IMG/VR virus record: IMGVR_UViG_3300025508_000120
Span: 1 to 28,273 of that record
Origin: a virus
Lineage: Duplodnaviria; Caudoviricetes
Reading direction: 5' to 3' (one strand)
Length of the DNA stretch: 28,273 nucleotides
In this document: positions 6,198-14,287 of the stretch, piece after piece
Layout of the letters: each line of letters opens with the position of its first letter
Numbering within the stretch: the first letter of the stretch is position 1
Made by a program: the position numbers and the translations under genes
The notes under the pieces: model-generated
The model's input: only the letters and a program-made list of their open reading frames with translations
What the model was told of the DNA's origin: nothing
Databases searched by the model: none

Positions 6198-8410
6198 TGC
6201 TTTAAATTTCTTGTAACTGTCTTTCGTGAGATGCCCAACACTTCTGCTATTTTGGTATTCGTTGCATCAGGGAAGTTCTTGATGATGATTGCTATTAAGT
6301 CCTTGTTTGGTTTCTCTTTATGCTTTGCGGCAAACTCCGCTAATTTGTCTGAGTTTATATTCTCAAGTTTGTTGATTTTAGCCATAGATATGAAGTAGTT
6401 ACTCAACTCACCTGCTTGAACCATTGAGTCTTCACTTATTTCATTAGGCACAAACCCCTGCAAGATGTCATTAATGAATTGCAGCAATAGAGCAAATCTT
6501 GGCACGTATGTTAACTGTTTCGCAAACATCCCTTTGTTGCTACTCAATTCATCTTCGCTATTTTGTAGGTCAACCAATCTTCTGTTGATTCTCTTAAACT
6601 CATCCCTTGACTCATCAGTCAAATTCAATATCTTAGGTTCACCATCTATCATGGATGTATCAACGTAGTTTTTTACACTAATTATCCTATCTCTGTAAGC
6701 ATCCATCATCTCTTGGTCTAAGTCATCGTCTGACAAATACTGTGCTTGTTTCTTTGGGTCGCAAAATAACATCCTATCCATAAACCCATTTGATTGATTT
6801 TCGCTCGTCTGAAAGTCTCTAAATATGCTTGGCTGAATACCACCTAAGATTGGAATGAATGGATTCTCAACAAAGGCATCATCGGCAGTCTTTCTGTTTA
6901 ACACAATACTATCACCACTCCACGCAGATAGATAACGCTCTTTATCTGAACCATCACGATACTTGTTCATGTCCTTAAACCAACCTGCTAACTCATCCTT
7001 GAAGACACCTATAGACTTAGGGTTGTTTGCATGGATATCTATCAATGATTCAATGGTAATATCATCGACTATGAATTGACTTTTCTTAGGTGGCTTAATC
7101 TTCTCGGAATGCTTCTTGTCTTCCTTGTCCATTTGTTCGTACTCTGAGAACTCCTTTTGTCTCTTGATGTATGTTTTTATCTCATGACTATTTAAGTCCA
7201 ATAGAGGCTTTAAAATTAGCTTAATATCGGGTGTTTTACCAACACCCGCATCGCCTATGACGCTTATCCATAAAATAGGGCTATCAACCCAACCATTCTT
7301 AACTCTAACTTTCATAGAGTTGCCAACGATAACAGATATTAGCCACAGAAACGATACGCTCATAAAATCAATGGATGCGTTAAGTTTCTTGTTGCACTCT
7401 AAGATGTAGTTCTGTATTTCGGATGGAAATATATGCAATGGGAATGATAAGTTCTGTGGTATCTCTATTGGCTCATCTACCACCACCTCATTTATGACCC
7501 TATCACCATAGCCATCTGCATACGCTTGTTTAGCTGCTGCGCTATAGTCACCACGATGGTATTTGTAAGCGTAAACATCGAAAGAGTTAAGTGGTTGTTC
7601 GTGAGGGTAGATTGTGCCTGTTGAGAATAAGAACATCTTGTCGGTGTCATTGTAGATGTGTCCAGAGTAGAATGACTCTGCACCTTTTCGTTTTATCATC
7701 ACCGATCTTGATAGTCTTCTGACGATATCAAACTCATCGGAGCAGATATCCCAAATAGTATTCTTGTTAGCGAAGTCCTCCCATGACTTTAATCCATCTG
7801 TTTTTTGTTGAACCTTTTTGTTAAACTTAGGTTTAACCACTTCGCCCTCGTGGTGATACATCTTTGAGATATCCCAAATCAACTTCCGTTCTTCCTTAGT
7901 GATGTAATGTATCTGATGATACTGTAACCCTTGAATCACATCGTAGATATAAACAAAACCACCTACACCTCTTGACTCAATCAAAGCCTCAGATGCTCCT
8001 TTTGGCTTTGCTATCTTGGTTGCTCCACAAATTTCTTCGCATCTGTAGATTAAATGATATCCTCCACTTTGGGTTTCAACTAAGCTAACCTTGCTCCACA
8101 AGTCAATGATGTGATTCTCAAGCAAACCAAAGTATTCATCTACAAAAATATTCTTCTCCTTTTGTGTATTTAAAACTTTAGTGTCAACATCTATTGCTTC
8201 GACATCTCCATACCCTGTTATTAGAGCAAATGATACTGCATCGTCATACCATTTATCTACTTGTTCTTTAGTGGCAATTTTACTTTGGTATGCCTTCCAA
8301 CTACCATTAGGTTTTTGTTGTCCATCCTTTTGGATAATTGGAAATACACTTAGGTTGTGGTCTAGTAGATTTCTGTAAAATGTTGCCTTATGTTTTTTTA
8401 GTCTTTTCAT
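6194..8410 (-). CDS. Bifunctional primase/polymerase fused to DUF3987-like P-loop helicase, with C-terminal HTH
   Basis: N-terminal IDVD and TQSGGYHLIY primpol motifs; GDAGVGKT Walker A; FKDELAGW Walker B; C-terminal TNTKIAEVLGISRKTVTRNL HTH. Confidence 0.88.
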   Translation of the reverse strand: MKRLKKHKATFYRNLLDHNLSVFPIIQKDGQQKPNGSWKAYQSKIATKEQVDKWYDDAVSFALITGYGDVEAIDVDTKVLNTQKEKNIFVDEYFGLLENHIIDLWSKVSLVETQSGGYHLIYRCEEICGATKIAKPKGASEALIESRGVGGFVYIYDVIQGLQYHQIHYITKEERKLIWDISKMYHHEGEVVKPKFNKKVQQKTDGLKSWEDFANKNTIWDICSDEFDIVRRLSRSVMIKRKGAESFYSGHIYNDTDKMFLFSTGTIYPHEQPLNSFDVYAYKYHRGDYSAAAKQAYADGYGDRVINEVVVDEPIEIPQNLSFPLHIFPSEIQNYILECNKKLNASIDFMSVSFLWLISVIVGNSMKVRVKNGWVDSPILWISVIGDAGVGKTPDIKLILKPLLDLNSHEIKTYIKRQKEFSEYEQMDKEDKKHSEKIKPPKKSQFIVDDITIESLIDIHANNPKSIGVFKDELAGWFKDMNKYRDGSDKERYLSAWSGDSIVLNRKTADDAFVENPFIPILGGIQPSIFRDFQTSENQSNGFMDRMLFCDPKKQAQYLSDDDLDQEMMDAYRDRIISVKNYVDTSMIDGEPKILNLTDESRDEFKRINRRLVDLQNSEDELSSNKGMFAKQLTYVPRFALLLQFINDILQGFVPNEISEDSMVQAGELSNYFISMAKINKLENINSDKLAEFAAKHKEKPNKDLIAIIIKNFPDATNTKIAEVLGISRKTVTRNLKQ

Positions 8411-8427
8411 TAATTTTTTATGTTAAA

Positions 8428-8604
8428 ATGTCCCATGTCCCACTCAATGTCCCACCCAATGTCCCACCCTTTTTCGGCTTGTAACCCTTGCTATCATTGG
8501 GTTTGTTGCAAAATGTCCCACATGTCCCACTACTTTTGAAAAACATAATTTAATATGAAATGTATTTCTATTTTTATAGGGTGGGACATGGGACATTGGG
8601 ACAT
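8428..8604. repeat. Putative replication origin: 9 ATGTCCCA iterons converging on an AT-rich segment
   Basis: Direct copies at 8428, 8435, 8447, 8459, 8513, 8522. Inverted TGGGACAT at 8582, 8589, 8597. AT-rich 8531-8578 lies between the two sets. Confidence 0.85.
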
Positions 8605-9006
8605 TTAATCTATCATGGATAGTATTTTGTTGGTTGCTCTGAGATATGCAGGGTAGCATTCTGTTAGATTCTCCCAGTTGTAGTTGCCGTTAATCACCGT
8701 CGAGTGATCACGACCTCCAAAAAACCGACCAATGGATTTTAAAGTCCCCATGTTGCGACTGTACAATATGTAACCTGCACATGAGCGTATCTCAACTAAT
8801 TCACGCTTTCGTGACCGACCCTTCACATCTTCAATCGTATAGTTGGTTGCGTTCTTTTCGTTTAACACCAACATGGTGGCATCTAAGACTTGTTCAAATG
8901 TCATTTTTCTCTTTTTATTTCGTTCTTCTTTAATTTGCAAATTAACTCTCACCATATCGTATCCTGGATATAAATATGGGCTGCCGTAGTTAGTACTCAT
9001 TGTCAA
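8605..9006 (-). CDS. Stand-alone DnaA C-terminal (domain IV) HTH protein
   Basis: RSRKRELVEIR....Y....TLKSIGRFFGGRDHSTV is the DnaA domain IV signature. There is no AAA+ domain. Confidence 0.88.
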   Translation of the reverse strand: MTMSTNYGSPYLYPGYDMVRVNLQIKEERNKKRKMTFEQVLDATMLVLNEKNATNYTIEDVKGRSRKRELVEIRSCAGYILYSRNMGTLKSIGRFFGGRDHSTVINGNYNWENLTECYPAYLRATNKILSMID

Positions 9007-9277
9007 TGTTTTTGAAGTAATTCTCTAAGTCCATAATTTTGTTGATGAAGTCGTACTTAGTGTTGAACACCTTGCAAGTCTCCTTACTAAAAGCGTTTAA
9101 CTCAGTCTGCGCTGACTCACGATTGACTCGTCTAATCTCTTCACGCTCATGCGCCTCACCATCGGCATCGGTTAATGAGCCATTAGCTGCGAATAACTCC
9201 TTCTCTAACTCTTTTATTTTCATCTCAATCTGCTGACAACTGTAGTCAACAAACCCTGCGTATTTGTTATAATCCAT
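8990..9277 (-). CDS. Hypothetical protein (coiled-coil-like)
   Basis: 95-aa ORF in the operon. Confidence 0.7.
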   Translation of the reverse strand: MDYNKYAGFVDYSCQQIEMKIKELEKELFAANGSLTDADGEAHEREEIRRVNRESAQTELNAFSKETCKVFNTKYDFINKIMDLENYFKNIDNEY

Positions 9278-9371
9278 AACGTTTTTTTAATTCTTTAGAT
9301 GTTTTAATAATTTTTCTGAATTTCCACCATTTTAGCTTAAGGTAGTAGTCTATTAGTTTAAAGTTGCTCAT
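9267..9371 (-). CDS. Possible 34-aa basic peptide MSNFKLIDYYLKLKWWKFRKIIKTSKELKKRYGL
   Basis: Hand translation. ATGA overlap with the ERF stop; it fills the gap to the next gene. Confidence 0.5.
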   Translation of the reverse strand: MSNFKLIDYYLKLKWWKFRKIIKTSKELKKRYGL

Positions 9372-9949
9372 TTGTCTCTCTTAATTCTATCTTTTACCGC
9401 CTTATTAATCTCCTTTGCGCCTTGTCGCATTGTCTCCTTTTGGTTCTCTAACAACTCGCCAATAGCACGTTTTAAGTCGGAGTGACTATAGCTATCAATC
9501 CTTGCGCTAAGTTCTCTGTATGCCCCTGTATCATCTGCCCACACCGAAGTATCTAACAAGTCTGCTGCACGTTGTCTAAGTCTTTCTAAGTCCTCACGCA
9601 TTTGCTCACCATCATCGTCTAAAGACTGAAGTGATAAAATTGTGATTAACGTATAACGTCTAAAGTAGGTTACGGCTGACCCCATTTTCTGTGGGTCTGT
9701 TATGTTAGGCAATTCCATCTGACTTTCCATCATCTCACCAGATTCAACATGATGTATTTGTGTGGTCACCTTGCCCTCTAAAACTGGCTGCACCAATAGT
9801 AAACCATGCTTATGAAGTATCGGCTCAACTTCCGCTAAAAGGTCATTGATGTCTGAGTACTTCGACTTAAAGAATGGGTTCTCCGACTTCTTTACAATTG
9901 GGTTGATTTCTTTTTTTGCCTTCAACAAGGCTTTTAATAAGTTCTTCAT
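9368..9949 (-). CDS. erf: ERF family ssDNA-annealing protein
   Basis: NPFFKSKYSD, HVESGE, PQKMGSAVTYFRRY, DDDG motifs. Confidence 0.92.
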   Translation of the reverse strand: MKNLLKALLKAKKEINPIVKKSENPFFKSKYSDINDLLAEVEPILHKHGLLLVQPVLEGKVTTQIHHVESGEMMESQMELPNITDPQKMGSAVTYFRRYTLITILSLQSLDDDGEQMREDLERLRQRAADLLDTSVWADDTGAYRELSARIDSYSHSDLKRAIGELLENQKETMRQGAKEINKAVKDRIKRDK

Positions 9950-10425
9950 AATTTTTCTAATATTTGTTCAAATTTAACCATCGCCTCATAGTTGACGTCA
10001 CCATCGGCATTCAATTCTATTAATGTTTGTGCCATCCCATCCATTGCTTTTTGGATTGACATCAAGTCTTTACGCATCTGTGGTAGATATATATGTGTCA
10101 CCGCAAATGGCAAGTCAGCCTCAATGCATCGCTTCAATGCCCAATGTTGCATCATTATCTCATCGGTATCTACTTCGTATTCAAATTGAATAACGTCTCG
10201 TGGATCGCCTTCGTCATTAGTGACTAACTTGTCCATCGTAAACTCGTTTAAGTTCTCCTCTTCGATTAACTCACGATACATTTCCGTTAAGATTCGTAAC
10301 TCATATTCGATTGGGTCATCTTTGAATGACACATCTACCAACGTCCAATTATCATAAACCTCAATCCAACTAAATTCTGCCTTATTAATCGCTTGTCTGA
10401 TTTCCAATTCAGTTTTGATTTTCAT
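9946..10425 (-). CDS. Hypothetical acidic protein
   Basis: 159-aa ORF with 4-nt overlaps on both sides. Confidence 0.75.
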   Translation of the reverse strand: MKIKTELEIRQAINKAEFSWIEVYDNWTLVDVSFKDDPIEYELRILTEMYRELIEEENLNEFTMDKLVTNDEGDPRDVIQFEYEVDTDEIMMQHWALKRCIEADLPFAVTHIYLPQMRKDLMSIQKAMDGMAQTLIELNADGDVNYEAMVKFEQILEKL

Positions 10426-10664
10426 AACGTGTCTATTAATGCCTCAAATTTATATAAAGTTGGTTCGTCTGTGATTTTACCGCTCAAGAAGTATTCAAAC
10501 CTTACTCTTTCCTGTGCGCTTTTGCTGCTATGATATAACTGGCTAAACATATCAAATACCTCTGCCTTTTCCATCCGTGCTGCCTTCATCCATGCCTTGC
10601 ATTTCAGAAGTCTGGCGTTGTAGTCGTAATTTTTAATACTGCTTTTTAACCTTATTGTTCCCAT
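10422..10664 (-). CDS. Hypothetical protein
   Basis: 80-aa ORF, coupled to neighbours. Confidence 0.7.
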   Translation of the reverse strand: MGTIRLKSSIKNYDYNARLLKCKAWMKAARMEKAEVFDMFSQLYHSSKSAQERVRFEYFLSGKITDEPTLYKFEALIDTL

Positions 10665-10665
10665 C

Positions 10666-10899
10666 TTATAAAATATTTATATCGTTTCTTGTGTAATTAC
10701 CACTAAACTTAAACTCTTTAAAAACGTCTAATGGTATCGAACAACTATCATTTAAAATTTTAACCATACATCCTATAGAATTTGTTAATACTGTACTAAC
10801 TCTAACCCTATCTGCTTCAACTTTATTAACAAAATAAACGTTTCCACTTATTTCATTATAGTATATCCCTTTTATTTCTTTTTGGTCTTTTGCTTTCAT
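10666..10899 (-). CDS. Hypothetical protein (start probably MKAK at 10899)
   Basis: AT-rich ORF. The track start at 10923 is a TTG. Confidence 0.6.
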   Translation of the reverse strand: MKAKDQKEIKGIYYNEISGNVYFVNKVEADRVRVSTVLTNSIGCMVKILNDSCSIPLDVFKEFKFSGNYTRNDINIL

Positions 10900-10958
10900 A
10901 TCTCTTTGTATTTGATAGAGCAAACTAACAACAAATAATCCGAATAAAAAAATTTATT

Positions 10959-11690
10959 TTATTTTTTTTCTTCAAGTCGCATTGGTACTGCGATTGCAGT
11001 CACTCCATCCAACACAACACCGCAGCCGATAGCTGACTTTTTACCGCCTTTAGCGTAATGCATTGCATATGAACTATCATCTACACCACAGCCAACGGCT
11101 AAACCAAATACTCTCGTGTTCGATCCAACGTGGTAATGCACATATAGATCAGTATGATAATGCCCAGTGACTGTCGATTGCATATCTCTAACACAAGCGG
11201 TCTTAGCTTTACCACTTCCATCACCATGCGTATACCTAACACCATCTAAGTAGTAATCCATCATAAATGTCCATCCTGGGACTTGCAACACCTCAGATAT
11301 GTCACGAATCCACTCAGCAGGGATTCCACTTGTCTGCGCCTTTCTCATCACCATTCTATCATGGTTACCCCAAAGCACCACCGCTTTTGGGAATGCCTTA
11401 TAGTAAGGTGCTATCCTTTTAATTGCTAACGCTAACTCATCACCACCACCTAAACCATTTGGACTTGTCTCATGAAAGCTTCCAAAATGGTTATCAATTA
11501 TATCACCAATACAGACAACTTTGTTACAGTTAAAACGCTGATAGGTTTCAACACAATGGTTCAAATAACTATTTAAATTAAATGGTGAGTGTATGTCACC
11601 TATCACCAACACTCTATTGCTCTTTGAATTAAAGTAATCGTGATTAACTTTCTTCTTACCACTTAGACGTGGTCTACTTTGTTTTGCCAT
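10959..11690 (-). CDS. Calcineurin-like metallophosphoesterase
   Basis: GDIH, GDIID, GNHD, HGD, GHYH motifs. Start moved to ATG 11690 because the track start lies inside a hairpin. Confidence 0.9.
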   Translation of the reverse strand: MAKQSRPRLSGKKKVNHDYFNSKSNRVLVIGDIHSPFNLNSYLNHCVETYQRFNCNKVVCIGDIIDNHFGSFHETSPNGLGGGDELALAIKRIAPYYKAFPKAVVLWGNHDRMVMRKAQTSGIPAEWIRDISEVLQVPGWTFMMDYYLDGVRYTHGDGSGKAKTACVRDMQSTVTGHYHTDLYVHYHVGSNTRVFGLAVGCGVDDSSYAMHYAKGGKKSAIGCGVVLDGVTAIAVPMRLEEKK

Positions 11691-11702
11691 ATTGTTGTAA
11701 AT

Positions 11703-11739
11703 AAAAAAGCCCCAAAAGCGGCTCAAGGCTCTTGGGGCT
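11703..11739 (-). terminator. Rho-independent terminator after the endolysin
   Basis: AGCCCCAA/TTGGGGCT stem with a U-run on the minus strand. Confidence 0.75.
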
Positions 11740-11775
11740 AGAAATTTAGATTTTTATGTTAAACATATTGTAATG

Positions 11776-11789
11776 CAAATATAACTATT
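11776..11789 (-). promoter_or_regulatory. -7 promoter box (AATAGTTATATTTG)
   Basis: TAnnTTTG; identical to 4974-4987. Confidence 0.55.
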
Positions 11790-12177
11790 ACCACCTTGCT
11801 TTTGTGCCACGAACGTCAAAATGTGTAAAAGTATCATATGCGCATAAACCGCCCTGAGTCATTTTTCCAACGCTTATTAGGTGTTCAATAGCGGTTTTAA
11901 CCTCGACTGAAGTGTAACCCTTCACAACTATGTCTGCCGCTTGTGCGGTTAAGTGTTTAGACTTTGATGCACCTTTGACGATGTACTTGTTGTAGTGCCA
12001 TGTTCGATAACCGCTATTGATGGTTATAGGGGCATTTAAATACGTTCTAAGGGCTTGTAAGTTATGTGCTAGTAGTAACACATTTAAAACGTATTTCGAT
12101 GGCACAAGTGTGTTGCTTTTGTCGTTACACCGAAATTCATCAATGTGGAAGTTATTCGTCAGTTGACCTTTTATCAT
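11788..12177 (-). CDS. Endolysin, peptidase M15A-type Zn peptidase
   Basis: F...EF.C, INSGYR, SKH....AADI, FTHFDVR; lies next to a holin-like gene. Confidence 0.9.
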   Translation of the reverse strand: MIKGQLTNNFHIDEFRCNDKSNTLVPSKYVLNVLLLAHNLQALRTYLNAPITINSGYRTWHYNKYIVKGASKSKHLTAQAADIVVKGYTSVEVKTAIEHLISVGKMTQGGLCAYDTFTHFDVRGTKARW

Positions 12178-12397
12178 ATTCTTTTTTCAATTCCAATTCT
12201 TTTCGACGGTTGTCTAAGTCGATACCCTTATTAATTTTGATTTTACCTACTATTCTAATAATCGTGTAAATTAAACCACTTAGTATCAAAAAAGTAGTTA
12301 GGACTTCATCTAAGTCGGCTATCCAAGACATAATCCCCCCGCTCACCGTTAAAAAAACCGTAATGTCGTGTTGCATATTTCTTAACTGATTAATCAT
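12152..12397 (-). CDS. Putative holin
   Basis: 81 aa with one clear and one weak hydrophobic segment and a highly charged C-tail; overlaps the endolysin. Confidence 0.65.
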   Translation of the reverse strand: MINQLRNMQHDITVFLTVSGGIMSWIADLDEVLTTFLILSGLIYTIIRIVGKIKINKGIDLDNRRKELELKKEYDKRSTDE

Positions 12398-13260
12398 ATC
12401 ATCCCATCTTTAAAGTCATCTTGTCCTCGCTTAATTGCTTTACGCATCAGCGTGAAGTCAAAGTGTGCGCTATTCCAATCCATGTGTCTTGCATGATGAA
12501 CTGTCGCATCTGTCACCGCATCTATGTCATCCATCTTAATCTCATATCTTATATCGTTAAATAAATTCAAAGCTAACTTCATCCAACTATCTGCTTTGTT
12601 GCTCACAGGCTGCTCTGATTGCTTCGAGTGGGCTAACCAAATTTCTATCTCTTCGTAGCTTCCGACCAAATCAGTAGGGACAGGGTCTAATACACCGCCA
12701 TCTACGTGCTGCTGACCATTCACCACAACTGGTTTGGCAAAGAATGGAATAGCTGCGCTGCTCACAACGTGTTCAACAAAACGGTTGTAAGTCATGTCAT
12801 CTCTAAGAATAGATGTATACATCGTACCACTCTTTTTAAAGTCAACGTTTTTGCTTGTTACGATTACGTTTATTCTACGCTTACGCAACTCGTCAAAATG
12901 TCTCTCCTTGAAATATCGTCTAATCTTTGATCGCAATGCAGGTGTGATATCATACATATAGTTGGTATCTCTTTTTATCATGCGAATGACCGAACCAATC
13001 ATGAACAACTTGTTTAATTTTCCATTGCGTTTGAATGGTGAGAATCTACCATACATCTCGCGATTGTCTGTATTTGAGTATTCGTGTATTAAGTAATCGT
13101 AAAACTTTGGGTCAATTCTACCCAATGCTAAAAATAGGGCTATCAATGCCCCTGTACTTGTGCCTATAAACGCATCGTATTGTGGTCGCTTACTTGTTAG
13201 TACCCCAACCAAATACGCTCCCCATGCTGCGCCACCTGCAAATATCCCTGCTTTCTTCAC
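12394..13260 (-). CDS. Patatin-like phospholipase
   Basis: AGGAAWG oxyanion loop, GTSTG nucleophile elbow, SAAIP.F and DGG catalytic Asp, all intact. Confidence 0.93.
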   Translation of the reverse strand: MKKAGIFAGGAAWGAYLVGVLTSKRPQYDAFIGTSTGALIALFLALGRIDPKFYDYLIHEYSNTDNREMYGRFSPFKRNGKLNKLFMIGSVIRMIKRDTNYMYDITPALRSKIRRYFKERHFDELRKRRINVIVTSKNVDFKKSGTMYTSILRDDMTYNRFVEHVVSSAAIPFFAKPVVVNGQQHVDGGVLDPVPTDLVGSYEEIEIWLAHSKQSEQPVSNKADSWMKLALNLFNDIRYEIKMDDIDAVTDATVHHARHMDWNSAHFDFTLMRKAIKRGQDDFKDGMI

Positions 13261-13922
13261 TTCCTTTGTCCTATTATGTTGTAACCCTTTAACTTATCTT
13301 CTACCATCTCAACTGTGTAATTAGCCTTAAACCATTTACTGTATTCAAAGTTACCGTTGTAGTCTACTTGTTTGATGCGATAAATATTCGCACCGTCAAG
13401 TGGTTGGTTATCCCAAAACTCATAAATTGTAGTAACCCAAGTAGTACCACGACCTTTCATTGAGCCGACTGAATCCCAACCATGTGCGAAGTACTTTTCG
13501 ATGATGAATTTATCATTGTCTAACTCCATTGCCGTTGACCATTTGACCTCTATTTCTTGTCCCTTGACGTTGGCTGAAAAACCCAACCATGTAACTGGCA
13601 ATGGTATATCTTCATGGCAATGGTATTCGGTATGTCTTCCACATTTGATATCTATTTTCGTGGCAACCATCGTGCTATCTACACCTTTCGTGTTGCTAAA
13701 ATACAACGTCTGGCCAACCAAGCTATCCAAAGGCATATCATTATACTTTTTCTTCCTAACATGGATATTCACATTGTCAATGCCTGACAAGTCAAATGTT
13801 GTGTCGTAGGTTAAAATAATTTGGCTATCATTCACAATAGCCGTAAGTGGACAGTCATCGTGCGATTGTCCGTAACACCATACAGATGCTATTAATAAAA
13901 TAGTGGTTAAAGTTGTTTTCAT
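13257..13922 (-). CDS. Secreted protein resembling Bacteroidota T9SS cargo (PLPV beta-sandwich domain, truncated CTD-like tail)
   Basis: Signal peptide ending ..YG|Q; PLPVTWLGF...W.TA.E.DN..F.IE...Y.F.D..P..G...YRIKQVD..G.FEYS; ends YNIIGQRK. Confidence 0.8.
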   Translation of the reverse strand: MKTTLTTILLIASVWCYGQSHDDCPLTAIVNDSQIILTYDTTFDLSGIDNVNIHVRKKKYNDMPLDSLVGQTLYFSNTKGVDSTMVATKIDIKCGRHTEYHCHEDIPLPVTWLGFSANVKGQEIEVKWSTAMELDNDKFIIEKYFAHGWDSVGSMKGRGTTWVTTIYEFWDNQPLDGANIYRIKQVDYNGNFEYSKWFKANYTVEMVEDKLKGYNIIGQRK

Positions 13923-14287
13923 TTTCTTGCGTTACGCTCTTTTATTGTTTTAGTTGCGTGACATGAGCGACAAAGAGTTTGTAGGTTATCCAAATCTTCG
14001 TTGTACTTCTCATAGTTAGCGTTATCTTTTCTTGCGTGTATATGGTCAACTTGGTTTCCCTCATTAGTCAAACCCATTCTCTCGCATTCTTTACAAAGAT
14101 ACATATCTCTTTCTAATATTTGCCTCCTAATTCCTCTCCAATACTTAGATTGTAGATACTTTATATCAGCCGTCCTCATTGGGTCTGCTACTCTCTTTTT
14201 GTGTTCGGGAGTTTCAGGTATCCACCAAGGTTTAAAATGTTTTCTCTCGTCACTCATTATGTTACTATATTGCCCTCTATTTGCCAT
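13919..14287 (-). CDS. HNH endonuclease (HK97 gp74-like)
   Basis: W...R...L.RD..LCKEC ... VDHI ... NLQTLCRSCHATKT. An alternative start at 14257 gives a TAATG overlap. Confidence 0.9.
   Translation of the reverse strand: MANRGQYSNIMSDERKHFKPWWIPETPEHKKRVADPMRTADIKYLQSKYWRGIRRQILERDMYLCKECERMGLTNEGNQVDHIHARKDNANYEKYNEDLDNLQTLCRSCHATKTIKERNARK

Noticed and set aside
8444-8659. 71-aa minus-strand ORF with VGH repeats
   Set aside because: It is a translation of the iteron array, overlaps the DnaA-IV gene and has no good start; better read as non-coding origin.
8605-9006. Host dnaA gene or pseudogene indicating chromosomal DNA
   Set aside because: Intact short ORF embedded in a phage operon, with no AAA+ remnants and no dnaN/gyrB context.
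10959-13260. CBASS-like defence system (patatin plus phosphoesterase)
   Set aside because: No CD-NTase or other sensor is present, and the patatin is coupled to holin/endolysin instead.
13257-13922. u-spanin or lipoprotein interpretation of the secreted protein
   Set aside because: SVWC is not a lipobox and there is no C-terminal transmembrane helix.
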